Assembly (NCBI GenBank): GCA_016190485.1 | Contig: JACPQN010000018.1 | Span: 12,060-76,059, forward strand | Direction: 5' to 3' | Length of the DNA: 64,000 nt | Source: Chloroflexota bacterium | Lineage (GTDB): Bacteria > Chloroflexota > Dehalococcoidia > SHYD01 | Shown here: positions 1-9,671 of the stretch, in pieces | Position numbering within the stretch: position 1 is the first letter of the stretch | How the letters are laid out: every line of letters starts with the position of its first letter | The notes under the pieces: generated by a model | The model's input: only the letters and a program-made list of their open reading frames with translations | Told to the model about the DNA's origin: nothing | The model's database searches: none | Made by a program: the position numbers and the translations under genes

Positions 1-234
1 GAGCGCTACCAGAGCCGGGGCATCTTTGTGAACGTGGACTTCTATGCCGGCTCCATCTACTACCTCCTGGGCATCCCGGAGGACCTCTTCGTGCCCATGT
101 TCGCCATCGGCCGCACGCCCGGCTGGGCGCTCCAAGCCCTGGAGCACTACCAGGGTGGCGACCTGCTGCGCCCCCTCACCTGGTACACCGGGCCGATGGA
201 CGTACCCTACGTGCCGCTCCAGCAGCGGGGATAA
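1..234 (+). CDS. citrate synthase, C-terminal fragment (5' end outside window)
   Basis: Frame 1 is open from base 1. The translation ...NVDFYAGSIYYLLGIPEDLFVPMFAIGRTPGWALQALEH...LRPLTWYTGP matches the conserved C-terminal region of citrate synthases. Stop TAA at 232-234. Confidence 0.8.
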   Translation, partial: ERYQSRGIFVNVDFYAGSIYYLLGIPEDLFVPMFAIGRTPGWALQALEHYQGGDLLRPLTWYTGPMDVPYVPLQQRG

Positions 235-257
235 CCTCAACTTCGCCCGTAAGACAA

Positions 258-297
258 GCAGCCCGCTCCGGGCATCCGGGGTGGGCTGCGACCTTTT
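258..297 (+). terminator. intrinsic terminator-like hairpin between convergent genes
   Basis: 14-bp stem GCAGCCCGCTCCGG / CCGGGGTGGGCTGC (two G-U pairs) with loop GCAT, followed by GACCTTTT. Lies between the citrate synthase stop and the permease stop. Confidence 0.5.
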
Positions 298-299
298 AG

Positions 300-2372
300 C
301 TAGCGAGAGGCTCCACCGGCCCCTCGCCATCCATCGTGCGGCGCTCCCGATGCCGATCCCCCTGCCAGGTGATAGGGCACATTCACCACGACAATGCCCG
401 GCCGGAAGAGGAGCGCCGCCTTGATGCGCAAGGCCGTCTGGTTATGGAGCAGATGCTCCCACCAATGTGAAGGCACCAGCTCGGGGATGGCCACCGTGAT
501 GGTATCGTAGGGGTGGGTCTGCTGCACCGCCGCCACGTAGGCCAGGAGCGGGCCACTGAGCATCCGGTAGGGCGAGTCTATGATCACCAGTTGGATGCCG
601 GGCTGCCAGTCTTCCCAGGCTCGACGGAGCTGCGCTCGCTCCTCCGGATCGTCACTCACGTGCACGGCGGTGATCCGGTTGTCGGGCGCAATTGCCCGGG
701 CGAAGGCGATGGCCTGGCGAGCCGGGATCCCCAGGTTGGCAATGGGCAAAACTACTCGGGGATGGATCAGCTCCGGCACCACGGGCGTCTCCGCCACCGT
801 CGCACTCTCCACTCGCTCGTAGTGCTGGTGGATGGCCCACAAGACCACGACCAGGACCGGCATCAGGAGCATCACGATCCATGCCCCAAGGGCAAACTTA
901 GAGATGCCCACCACGATCATCACCAGGCCGGTGGCGGCCGCGCCGAAGCCGTTGATGGCAGCCCGCCACCGCCAGCCTCCCTCGTGGGCACGCTCCCGAA
1001 ACCAGTGGAGGACCATCCCGGATTGGCTCAGGGTAAAAGCCAGGAAGACCCCCACGGTGTAGAGCGGAATCAGGTTCGTCACGCTGCCCTCGAAGACCGT
1101 CACCAGGACACTGCCCAGGAACGCGAGCAGGATGATCCCGGTGGAGAAGGCAAGCCGCTCGCCCCGGAACTGGAACTGGCGCGGGAGAAAGCGGTCTTTC
1201 GCCAGAATGCTGGCCAGACGGGGAAAGCCGGCAAAGGCGGTGTTGGCTGCCAGCACCAGCAGCACGGCGGTGGCGAACTGGACCAGGTAGTGGTACGGGC
1301 TGCCGTCGCCCACCAGAGTGCGGGTAAGCTGGCTAACCACGGTTTCTTGCTCTGAAGGGTCTGGCACAACCCCCAGTTGTCCGGCCAGAAAGCTGATCCC
1401 CAGGAAGATGGACCCGAAGAAGGTCCCCATAAGTACCAGGACCAGTTGTGCGTTGCGGGCTTCCGGTGGATTGAAGGCCGGTACGCCGTTGGAGACCGCC
1501 TCCACCCCGGTGAGCGCCACGGAGCCAGAGGAGAACGCCCGGAGCGCCAGGAGGATGGTCAGCGGTTCCCCGGCCGTCTGGTGTCCCCTCTCCGGAGATG
1601 GCAGATAGTGCGGGAGATTCCCCGTGGCGAGCTGCCAGAGGCCGTACCCCAGCAGTCCGAAGATAGCGAACAGGTAGATGTAGGTGGGGCCTGCGAAGAT
1701 GGTGCCGCTCTCCCGGATGCCCCGCAGGTTGCCAAGGCACAGCACCGCGATAAACGCTACCCCGGCAGCCACCCTGAACTCAAACAGCGCCGGAAAGAGC
1801 GACGTGAGGGCAGCCACTCCGGCGGCGATGGATACGGCCACCGTCAGCACGTAGTCGGTCAGCAGCGCGGCCGCAGCTACCAGCCCCGGCAACACCCCCA
1901 GGTTGCTGCGGGCCACAATATAGGACCCGCCGCCGGTGGGGTAGGAGCGGATGGTCTGCTGATAGCTCAGCACCACTACCGCCAGCACCGCAATGATGGC
2001 CAGGGTGATGGGCATAGTAAGGGACAGCGCTCCCGCCAGCACCAGCACCCGCATGATCTCCTCGCTGGCGTACGCCGAGGAAGAGATGTTGTCGGAGGCG
2101 AAGATGGCCAACCCCTTGAACTTCGTCAGCCGCTCCTGGAGCTCCTGAGAAGAGGGGAGGGGGCTGCCGATGAGCAAGCGCTTAAGCGCCTCCAGTGCAC
2201 GGCCCAGCGGCGTACTCGGCCGGCCGACGCTCTCACGGGGGGCCAGGAGTCCTGCGCCGAGCCGCCGAAACCCCGGATAGCTCAGGATGCGCACGTAACG
2301 GTTCCCAGGCCGGCTACCCTGGAGAGTTTCCTTCTCCTCTAGGTCTGAGATCCAGGGGCCCTCATCCACCAT
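300..2372 (-). CDS. APC-superfamily permease with ~200-aa cytoplasmic C-terminal domain (KimA-like K+/amino-acid transporter family)
   Basis: 690-aa ORF with about 12 hydrophobic helices typical of the APC fold (…SSSAYASEEI…GGGSYIVA…) plus a soluble C-terminal extension. GAGGAG SD upstream of the ATG. Confidence 0.85.
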   Translation of the reverse strand: MVDEGPWISDLEEKETLQGSRPGNRYVRILSYPGFRRLGAGLLAPRESVGRPSTPLGRALEALKRLLIGSPLPSSQELQERLTKFKGLAIFASDNISSSAYASEEIMRVLVLAGALSLTMPITLAIIAVLAVVVLSYQQTIRSYPTGGGSYIVARSNLGVLPGLVAAAALLTDYVLTVAVSIAAGVAALTSLFPALFEFRVAAGVAFIAVLCLGNLRGIRESGTIFAGPTYIYLFAIFGLLGYGLWQLATGNLPHYLPSPERGHQTAGEPLTILLALRAFSSGSVALTGVEAVSNGVPAFNPPEARNAQLVLVLMGTFFGSIFLGISFLAGQLGVVPDPSEQETVVSQLTRTLVGDGSPYHYLVQFATAVLLVLAANTAFAGFPRLASILAKDRFLPRQFQFRGERLAFSTGIILLAFLGSVLVTVFEGSVTNLIPLYTVGVFLAFTLSQSGMVLHWFRERAHEGGWRWRAAINGFGAAATGLVMIVVGISKFALGAWIVMLLMPVLVVVLWAIHQHYERVESATVAETPVVPELIHPRVVLPIANLGIPARQAIAFARAIAPDNRITAVHVSDDPEERAQLRRAWEDWQPGIQLVIIDSPYRMLSGPLLAYVAAVQQTHPYDTITVAIPELVPSHWWEHLLHNQTALRIKAALLFRPGIVVVNVPYHLAGGSASGAPHDGWRGAGGASR

Positions 2373-2483
2373 GGCTCGCTCCTCGCGGTCTTCACCATCA
2401 GGTATAGCGCAGCGCGTGTTAAGATTGGGTAAGGAAGGAGTCCCTGGCCGTTAGGAAAGTGTAAAGTTTCCAGCGAGGCAGGA

Positions 2484-3557
2484 TTGCAGATGGCGCACCC
2501 CGGCGCTCCCCTCTGGGTAAAGGACCCAGCTCAGTGGATACCCTATCTGGTGGTGCTGACTGCGGTAGGCGTCACGCTGCTCTCGGTGGGTCTTCTCCAG
2601 GGCGCCATGGGCAGTCTGGGTATGGCCCCTCTGCTATACCTGGTGCCCACCACCCTCGCCGCCGCGCGCTGGGGACGCTGGCCTGCCCTGGTGGCAGTGC
2701 TGGCCTCCGTAGTAGGGCACGACGTGCTCTTTGTCGAGCCCGTGGGCGCCCTCACCATCGCCCGGGCCGATGAGGCGGTGGGCCTGGCCTTGCTCCTGTT
2801 TACCGCGGTGGTCACGGCCCAACTGGCTGACGCCGCTCGTCAAGGCGCGGCGCAGGCGCGCGAGGCGGAGGTGGTCCGCAGGTCCGACCAGTTGAAGACC
2901 GCCCTGCTCCGGGCGGTGTCCCATGACCTCAGGACGCCCCTTTCGTCTATCAAGGCCGGGGTGTCGGGGCTGCGGCAGACAGGGGCCCGTTATACCGAGG
3001 AAGACCGCGAGGAACTCCTCGCGGCCATAGAGGAGGAAGCGGACCGCCTGGACCGCCTCGTGGCGAAACTGCTGGAAGCCTCACTGCTGGAAGCAGGCGC
3101 CGCCAGCCCTCGGAAGCGCTCCGAGGATGTCGGCGATCTGGTGCACAGCGTGGTACGGCGGCTAGCCCCGCTGCTCAGCGGCAGGCGCGTCGACCTCTCC
3201 ATTGGGGATGATCCAGTGGCCGTGCCCTGCGACTACGTTCAGATCGATCACGTCGTGACCAACCTGATCGAAAACGCCGCACGGCACACCCCGGCCGGGA
3301 CTCCCATATCCGTGCTGGTGACGAGGGGAAGCGACGCCGTAAAGGTTACGGTGGCCGATGGGGGGCCGGGCATCCCTCAGTCGGAGCGAGAGCGTCTGCT
3401 GCGCCCCTTTGAGCGCGGCGCCAGCTCATCGAGAGGGGTCGGCCTGGGTCTCGCCATCGCTCGCGGTTTTGTAGAGGCGCACGGAGGACGGTTATGGGTG
3501 GAGGATGCTGAAGCGGGGGGCGCCCAGTTTTCTTTCACGCTCCCCCTTATAGCATAG
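2484..3557 (+). CDS. sensor histidine kinase, KdpD C-terminal-half type (DUF4118 membrane domain + HisKA + HATPase), lacking the KdpD N-terminal/Usp domains
   Basis: Membrane region with …LAAARWGRWPALVAVLASVV…; H-box AVSHDLRTPLSSI; N/G boxes NLIENAARHTP, DGGPGIP, GVGLGLAI. The ATG at 2490 is an alternative start. Confidence 0.9.
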   Translation: MQMAHPGAPLWVKDPAQWIPYLVVLTAVGVTLLSVGLLQGAMGSLGMAPLLYLVPTTLAAARWGRWPALVAVLASVVGHDVLFVEPVGALTIARADEAVGLALLLFTAVVTAQLADAARQGAAQAREAEVVRRSDQLKTALLRAVSHDLRTPLSSIKAGVSGLRQTGARYTEEDREELLAAIEEEADRLDRLVAKLLEASLLEAGAASPRKRSEDVGDLVHSVVRRLAPLLSGRRVDLSIGDDPVAVPCDYVQIDHVVTNLIENAARHTPAGTPISVLVTRGSDAVKVTVADGGPGIPQSERERLLRPFERGASSSRGVGLGLAIARGFVEAHGGRLWVEDAEAGGAQFSFTLPLIA

Positions 3558-3562
3558 CCGTC

Positions 3563-4252
3563 ATGGGCGTTGAGGTGCTGGTGGTCGACGATGAGCCCCA
3601 GATCCGGCGCGCCCTGCGGGTCGCGCTGCGAGCAAATGGCTACGGCGTGCGCGAGGCCCCCACGGGCGAAGCTGCGCTGGACCTGGCCGCAGCGCACCCG
3701 CCCGACCTGATTGTGCTCGATCTGATGCTCCCGGACATGGACGGCGCCGAAGTCTGCCGCCGCATCCGGGAGTGGTCGAAGGTGCCCATCATCATCCTGT
3801 CTGTGCAGGATGACATCGACGTGAAGGTGCGGGCGCTGGATGAGGGCGCAGACGACTATCTGACCAAACCCTTTAACATCCAGGAGCTCCTGGCCCGCCT
3901 GCGGGTGGCGCTCCGCCACGGGCAGCGCGAGAACGCCGAAACGCCGCAGCTCGTTACCGCGGGCGAGATCCGGATCGACCTCGCCCGCCGCATCGTGACT
4001 CGGCGGGGCGAGGAGGTGCACCTCACCCCCACCGAGTACGCCCTCTTACGCTACATGGCAGAGCACGCCGACCGGGTGGTGACGCACCACCAGCTCTTGC
4101 GGTCGACCATGGGGGCCGGCTATGAGGACGCGGTGGGCAGCCTGCGGGTCTTCATTGCCAGCTTGCGGAAGAAGCTGGAGGACGATCCTGCCGAGCCGAT
4201 GCTCATCGTGACTGAGCCAGGGGTGGGCTACCGACTGCGAGCCGAGGGGTAG
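3563..4252 (+). CDS. OmpR/KdpE-family response regulator
   Basis: Receiver motifs (VLVVDDEP, DLIVLDLMLPDMDG, KP) plus a winged-helix C-terminus (LTPTEYALLRYM…GVGYRL). Starts 5 nt after the kinase stop. Confidence 0.9.
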   Translation: MGVEVLVVDDEPQIRRALRVALRANGYGVREAPTGEAALDLAAAHPPDLIVLDLMLPDMDGAEVCRRIREWSKVPIIILSVQDDIDVKVRALDEGADDYLTKPFNIQELLARLRVALRHGQRENAETPQLVTAGEIRIDLARRIVTRRGEEVHLTPTEYALLRYMAEHADRVVTHHQLLRSTMGAGYEDAVGSLRVFIASLRKKLEDDPAEPMLIVTEPGVGYRLRAEG

Positions 4253-4268
4253 GGCCGTAGCCGCTGTG

Positions 4269-4933
<665 letters not shown>

Positions 4934-4937
<4 letters not shown>

Positions 4938-5626
4938 GCCGCTCCTCCCACCAGCACCAGGCGTTGCACGTAGATGCCGGGCGTCACCACAGCCTCGGGG
5001 TCCAGCGCGCCCGCGGGCAGCGCCTCCTCCACCTGGACGATAGTCACCCGGGCCGCGGTGGCCATGGTCGGATTGAAGTTGCGCGCTGCCCGCCGGTAAA
5101 CCAGGTTGCCCAGGACATCGGCCCGGTGGGCGCGTATCAGGGCGAAATCGGCCGGCAACGGCAGCTCGAAGAGGTACTCCTGGCCGTCGATGACCCGCAC
5201 TTCCTTCCCTTCTGCGAAGGGCGTGCCCACCCCGGTGGGGGTGTAGAAGCCACCGATGCCCGCGCCGGCGGCCCGGATACGCTCCACCAGGGTGCCCTGG
5301 GGCAGCAGCTCCAGCTCGATCTTTCCCTCCCGGTGCAGCCGCTCGAAAGCGGTGGGCGTGGAGGCCGAGCCAGGTATGGGGAAGGAGGCGATGACCTTGC
5401 GTACCAGACCAGCCTCCACCAGCAGCGCAGCGTCCTCCCAGGGCGACCAGCCGCCGCTGAGGTCGTTGGTCACGATGGTCAGCCCGCCGACGCCCCGGTC
5501 CCGCAGCGCTCGCAGCAGCGCCACGGGCACGCCACGACCGGTGAAGCCGCCCACCATGATGGTGGCGCCGGCCGGAATGTCGGCGGTGGCCTGGGCGGGA
5601 TCGGAGAAGACGGGTTTGCCGGGCAT
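4934..5626 (-). CDS. scoA: 3-oxoacid CoA-transferase subunit A
   Basis: …DIPAGATIMVGGFTGRGVPVALLRAL…LTIVTNDL… is typical of ScoA/AtoD. Confidence 0.9.
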
Positions 5627-5639
5627 GCCTCCTCCAGCC

Positions 5640-6107
5640 TCAGGCCTCAGCGCTAACCAGAGCGACCTGGGGAATGCGCGACAGGTCGAACTCCCTCAGG
5701 CGTTCCGGCCCCAGCTCCAGTAAGCGCTGGCGGCAGGCCTCCGCTTGGGCCACGAGCCGGGTCACGTCCACCCCCAGGCAGCGGGCGCCGAAGGGCCGGA
5801 GCAGGCGGAGTCCCCGTCCCAGCAGGCTCACAGCGCCCTTGTAGTTGCCTCGCTTCAGGTGGTAGAACCCCACCCCTACCTGCAGGATGCCCTGGTAGAG
5901 ATACCGCAGGGGGTCCGTCTCTTCGATCCACAACGCCTCCAGGGTCTCGTGGCACTCGAAGAACTGGCCCCGATTGAACTCCTGGATGCCCTGGAGGAAC
6001 TCGACCGATGGCGGCTCGCCGCAGCGCGCTGTGGGCTGGCCGCGGCCCACCTTGGCGATGCTGGGCCTGCCCCGGGGGCGGTGGGTGCGGCGGGGAGATG
6101 CTGTCAT
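5640..6107 (-). CDS. DUF309 domain protein
   Basis: FNRGQFFECHETLEALW…YQGILQVGVGFYHLKRGNYKGA matches the DUF309 signature as I remember it. Confidence 0.7.
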   Translation of the reverse strand: MTASPRRTHRPRGRPSIAKVGRGQPTARCGEPPSVEFLQGIQEFNRGQFFECHETLEALWIEETDPLRYLYQGILQVGVGFYHLKRGNYKGAVSLLGRGLRLLRPFGARCLGVDVTRLVAQAEACRQRLLELGPERLREFDLSRIPQVALVSAEA

Positions 6108-6189
6108 GGCGACTCGCTACCAGGTTCCTTTGGCACCCTGTACTATACAACAGGCGCGCGTCTCCCAGCCCAGACCCGTGAGGTGTCCC

Positions 6190-6720
6190 ATGCGCTATCT
6201 GGACATCCGGCGGCACGCTCGGCGTACCCAGCCGGGCCAGCACCTCTCCCAGGAGGGCGTAGACTTGGCCCGCCGCGTAGGGAGCAGCAGCGGGCCGTAC
6301 CACCGGGTGGTCACCAGCCCGCTGCCCAGAGCCATCGAGACGGCCATCGCCATGGGCTTTGCGGCCGATGCCGTGGACCCCGCGCTGGCTGAAGGAGAGC
6401 AAGAACTCTTTGCCCGGGTGGAGTGGACTGCGGGATTCGGCCCCATCGCCACGGTAGTCCGGCGCGGCGGCGCGCCTGGGCGCTTCGCCCGGCGACTGGC
6501 CCAGGCGTGGCTTTCGATCGCTAGGAGTCTCCCTGACGAGGGGAGCGCCCTGGTCATCACCCACGGCGGGTTTATCGAGGCTGGCGTGGCCGCCTGCCTG
6601 CCCTCCGTGGACATCAGCTCCTGGGGGCCATCCTGCGACTACTGCGAGGGCGTCAGGCTGGCCGTGGACGGAGAGCGCTTCGTCGCCGGGGAGCCTCTGC
6701 GCCTCCCAGGCTCGCGGTAG
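6190..6720 (+). CDS. histidine phosphatase (phosphoglycerate-mutase-like) family protein
   Basis: MRYLDIRRHA… (RH motif), …SPLPRAIETA…, …LVITHGGFIE. The tracked ORF starts at 5974 but its first 72 codons overlap the divergent DUF309 gene and look non-coding. ATG at 6190 chosen. Confidence 0.7.
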   Translation: MRYLDIRRHARRTQPGQHLSQEGVDLARRVGSSSGPYHRVVTSPLPRAIETAIAMGFAADAVDPALAEGEQELFARVEWTAGFGPIATVVRRGGAPGRFARRLAQAWLSIARSLPDEGSALVITHGGFIEAGVAACLPSVDISSWGPSCDYCEGVRLAVDGERFVAGEPLRLPGSR

Positions 6721-6732
6721 AGGCCGCGCGCT

Positions 6733-7287
6733 ATGCTCTTTGAGAAGGACGGGCTGCTGGTGCGGCTCCTGGCTGAGGGGGACCTGCCGTTCCTGGCCCG
6801 CTGGCTCTCTGATCCCAGAGTGCTGGAGTTCTACGAGGGCCGGGACCGGCCCCATACCCTAGAGTCGGTGCGGGACAAGTACATGCCCCGCCAGGGCGAC
6901 CCCATCACGGCGTGCCTGGTGGAGCGTTACGGGAGGCCCCTGGGCTACATCCAGTACTACGTACCCACTGCCCAGCAGCAGGAGGAGTACGGGTACTCGT
7001 CCGGCCAGCGGGTCTTCGGCATCGACCTCTACATCGGTGAACCGGAGTGGTGGAACCAGGGCATCGGCACGGCCCTGGTACGGGCCATGGCGGAGCACCT
7101 GGCGGCCACGCGGGGCGCCCAGGTCGTGGTGCTGGACCCTCGGACCGAGAACGGGCGGGCCATCCGTTGCTACGAGAAGGCGGGCTTCCGCAGGGTCAAG
7201 CTGCTGCCGCGCCACGAGCTCCACGAAGGGGCGCTGCGCGACTGCTGGCTCATGGAGTACCTGCCTCACAAATCCCCTCTCCCTTGA
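6733..7287 (+). CDS. GNAT N-acetyltransferase (AAC(6')-Ib / Acetyltransf_8-like)
   Basis: …WWNQGIGTALVRAM…VVLDPRTENGRAIRCYEKAGFRRV… The RAIRCYEKAGF block resembles aminoglycoside 6'-N-acetyltransferase-type GNATs. Confidence 0.8.
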   Translation: MLFEKDGLLVRLLAEGDLPFLARWLSDPRVLEFYEGRDRPHTLESVRDKYMPRQGDPITACLVERYGRPLGYIQYYVPTAQQQEEYGYSSGQRVFGIDLYIGEPEWWNQGIGTALVRAMAEHLAATRGAQVVVLDPRTENGRAIRCYEKAGFRRVKLLPRHELHEGALRDCWLMEYLPHKSPLP

Positions 7288-7297
7288 TAGGACTTGT

Positions 7298-7343
7298 GGT
7301 GAGCCCTTCGGCAGGCTCAGGACAGGCCTGTCGAACCAGAGGG
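7298..7343. repeat. dispersed hairpin repeat (CCCTTCGGC…CTCAGGACAGGCCTGTCGAA core)
   Basis: TTCGGCAGGC / GCCTGTCGAA inverted arms. Same core words as copies at 9630, 17013, 20879, 26742, 26825, 32529, 52902 and 63526. Lies between convergent genes. Confidence 0.6.
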
Positions 7344-7376
7344 CTAGCTTGCCTGCCTGAGGCAGATGAGCAACTG

Positions 7377-8375
7377 CTAGTAGTAGATGGTCCGGGTCAG
7401 GTGATACGGGTGCTGGGCCGCCACACCTTGGGACTGCTGCCACAGCAGCCAGTCCACCTGGAAGGCCATCAGCGGCACCCCTGCTTCTGCCAGGGCGTCC
7501 CGCAGCAGCTCACAGGCCTGCACCGTGGCCGCCCGCATTTCCACCTCCTCCGGACTGCCCGCGAGTATGAGCGCGCGGGTGTCCACTTTCCGCGCCAACT
7601 CCGGGCTGTACTCCAGTACGCCCTGCTCCCGCAGCATCTGGGGCAACTTGTAGTCGGCGAAGGCGGTGAGGGCCTCCATGTCGCTGAATGCGCCCCATGA
7701 CCTGCCGCCGTACGCGCCCCAGAGGTCGGAGACCAGGAGCTGCGCCCGCTTATAGAGGGGCACCGGCTGGCCCCCGTACTCGGCCACGTCTCGGAAGGAG
7801 GGGAAGTCCCGGGCCAGCAGCGCCACCAGGCGGGCGGCGCTGCCCTCCGCCGCAGTGATGGCATGGATGAACTGCCCCCGGTACCTGTCCAGGAGCGCCT
7901 GGCCGGCCTCCCGCAGGTTGTTCAGCCGGTCGGCCATGAGGGGGATGACCCCTTTACCCCGGAAGATGCGGTAGACGTCGCCCTGGGTCAGCTCCGCCAG
8001 GGTGCGGGCGTCCCACAGGGGTGCTCCCTCCTCCACCGCGCGCGTGAGGGAAGCCGCCAAGGCCCAGTAGCCGTCCAGGCGCTCCCCCCGGTAGTCGATC
8101 TCCCAGCGCTCCGCGGGGTCCTGGGACCAGAAGGAGAAGTTGACCGCGTCCAGGGCCAGCAGCCAGTTGGCGGAGCGGTGGGTGCCATCGAAAAAGTGGT
8201 GCTTGGGATACCACCCCGGAGGGCCGACACCCTCCGATGCCCAGCGGCGGGCCAGAGTCTCCGCCGCCTCCGGCGCGATGCGCACGTGGCGGGCCTGGGC
8301 CACCACCGCGGCCGTTGCCTCCCGGACGCCGAGGGGGTCGGGGGGCAAGGAAGGTGAACCTAGGTTTAAGCTCAC
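7377..8375 (-). CDS. queuosine salvage protein (DUF2419 / QNG1-like)
   Basis: …LALDAVNFSFWSQDP…ERLDGYWALAASL…FADYKLPQMLREQGVLEYS… matches the DUF2419 family as recalled. Confidence 0.75.
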   Translation of the reverse strand: MSLNLGSPSLPPDPLGVREATAAVVAQARHVRIAPEAAETLARRWASEGVGPPGWYPKHHFFDGTHRSANWLLALDAVNFSFWSQDPAERWEIDYRGERLDGYWALAASLTRAVEEGAPLWDARTLAELTQGDVYRIFRGKGVIPLMADRLNNLREAGQALLDRYRGQFIHAITAAEGSAARLVALLARDFPSFRDVAEYGGQPVPLYKRAQLLVSDLWGAYGGRSWGAFSDMEALTAFADYKLPQMLREQGVLEYSPELARKVDTRALILAGSPEEVEMRAATVQACELLRDALAEAGVPLMAFQVDWLLWQQSQGVAAQHPYHLTRTIYY

Positions 8376-8387
8376 TGAAGGCGCTTG

Positions 8388-8396
8388 TGCTAGAAT
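8388..8396 (+). promoter_or_regulatory. possible extended -10 promoter element (TGcTAGAAT) for the low-GC islet
   Basis: TGCTAGAAT lies ~33 nt upstream of the first islet ORF. No convincing -35. Confidence 0.3.
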
Positions 8397-8428
8397 GCCT
8401 GGGGTGCTGTCATTACAAGGAGCATGCC

Positions 8429-8686
8429 TTGGATACGAGTGCAGCGAAGCTCATCGAATGCAACGTCATCATGGTATTCCGAGAACTACGGTTCGGGCAA
8501 ATCCTGAATGAGCTAGCACGTCGTCTTCTCCCTGACTATCCAACCCCTCTCATTACTGAGGTTCCAGGACAGGTGTTGGCGGTGGTCTTCCCGGACAAGA
8601 GGATCCAGTGTCAGTTCGCCAACCTGCAAGTCAGGGTCACCGATACTCGAGGAGTTGCAGTTGCAGACCACGGAAAAGCTGATTAG
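8429..8686 (+). CDS. hypothetical small protein A (low-GC islet)
   Basis: In frame with tracked ORF 8237..8686. TTG at 8429 is preceded by AAGGAG (8417-8422) at 6-nt spacing; ATG at 8471 is an alternative. No family recognised. Confidence 0.4.
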   Translation: MDTSAAKLIECNVIMVFRELRFGQILNELARRLLPDYPTPLITEVPGQVLAVVFPDKRIQCQFANLQVRVTDTRGVAVADHGKAD

Positions 8687-9002
8687 GCAGTTTGCGATTC
8701 TGGTCGAGACAATACCAGAAGTAACTGCGGTTTTCTGCGAATTGTCCGATGGCGGAGTCTGTCTCACGACCATACTGGATTCCACGCCATTTGATAAGCA
8801 GCCGCGCAACCGGGTGTACGAGGCGCAATTGGAAATACTCACGGTAGCCGCAGAACCTGTTCTCGAATTTAGGCTCATTAACCTAAACGAGTTTGACGAC
8901 GACCAACGAGGCACCCTGATACCGTACTCAGCAATCCCTGTGTACGAGCGGAGTTTCAAGCCAAATGCCGACGAGACAGCAACACTTGAATCAGGCATCT
9001 GA
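8661..9002 (+). CDS. hypothetical small protein B (low-GC islet)
   Basis: Tracked ORF 8655..9002 has no ATG. TTG at 8661 is preceded by GAGGAG (8649-8654) at 6-nt spacing. The alternating strand/helix-like pattern looks protein-like. No family recognised. Confidence 0.5.
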   Translation: MQTTEKLIRQFAILVETIPEVTAVFCELSDGGVCLTTILDSTPFDKQPRNRVYEAQLEILTVAAEPVLEFRLINLNEFDDDQRGTLIPYSAIPVYERSFKPNADETATLESGI

Positions 9003-9336
9003 CAACCAGGACTTTTATGCGTCTATCAACCTAAGCGCTGGGCGCTTTCTGGACTGGGCAATCACTGGTCTGTTTTATTCTGCCCCCCATTACGTAGACG
9101 CGTACCTGGCCACGCGAGGTACGGGGAGCGGAGTACATCCAGCGTCTCACCAGGACAGGGGACTGACCATATCGAGGGAGATCCTTCTCAGGAATATCTA
9201 CGGGGACTACCAGGAGCTAAAGAATCGAAGTGAGGACGCTAGGTATCGCTTGTTAAGATTTACTCCGGCCCAAGTTCAGCAGTTGCACGACAACGAGTTC
9301 CTCACTGTCCGCAACACCATCGTGCCGCATCTGTAA
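8965..9336 (+). CDS. hypothetical helical protein C (low-GC islet; weakly HEPN-like)
   Basis: ATG with GCGGAG upstream. All-helical-looking sequence …FLDWAITGLFYSAPHYVDAYLATRGTGSGVH… (an R-x6-H spacing) …YQELKNRSEDARY. The HEPN resemblance is by eye only. Confidence 0.5.
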   Translation: MPTRQQHLNQASDNQDFYASINLSAGRFLDWAITGLFYSAPHYVDAYLATRGTGSGVHPASHQDRGLTISREILLRNIYGDYQELKNRSEDARYRLLRFTPAQVQQLHDNEFLTVRNTIVPHL

Positions 9337-9629
9337 CCGTCAATACAGCTTGGCGACAGTGGGCTTAGTCGAGTGCTGTAAGAGTTACCCCCACACTGCG
9401 GCGTTACTCCACAGTACATTCAGGGAAGGAACTCAGGATCAGGGTAGTACCTGATTTCCCCCCGGCACTACTTAGCAGAAAGCCGCGCACACACAGGCGG
9501 TGTAACCTTGATCGCCGCAGCAGAAGTATCCCCGTAAACCCCCTGCAGGTCACCTGAGGTGACGTGCTCCCTCCCTGCTCTGCGCCCATGCATTCTAGTA
9601 CCTACTTTCGGAAAAGAGCGTAAGGACCT

Positions 9630-9671
9630 GCCGCTCGTGGTTCGACAGGCTCACCATGAGCGGCTTCTTTT
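9630..9671 (+). terminator. terminator-like hairpin built from a dispersed repeat copy
   Basis: Stem GCCGCTCGTGG / CCATGAGCGGC (one mismatch), 13-nt loop TTCGACAGGCTCA, then TTCTTTT. Flanked by the inverted pair CTAGTACCTACTT (9595-9607) / AAGTAAGTACTAG (9687-9699). Confidence 0.4.

Noticed and set aside
2373-2483. Possible c-di-AMP (ydaO/kimA-type) riboswitch upstream of the KimA-like permease.
   Set aside because: Only 111 nt are shared with the divergent kinase gene. That is too short for the ~130-150-nt element plus promoters, and I could not see the conserved ACGGGGA/pseudo-symmetric motifs.
5653-6855. 400-aa minus-strand ORF. Many similar long antisense or out-of-frame ORFs exist, e.g. 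513..1355, 1377..2342, 13391..14863, 15683..17005, 17205..18377, 18458..19591, 23348..24544, 24670..25980, 29897..31228, 47982..49028, 50292..51326, 58514..59599.
   Set aside because: They are shadows of the high GC content. The translations are Arg/Pro/Gly/Ala-rich with no recognisable motifs. Each overlaps a gene on the other strand or frame that has clear family signatures.
8513-8998. 161-aa minus-strand ORF across the low-GC islet.
   Set aside because: The translation is Ser-rich and low-complexity, with no SD. The + strand ORFs have SDs and protein-like sequence.
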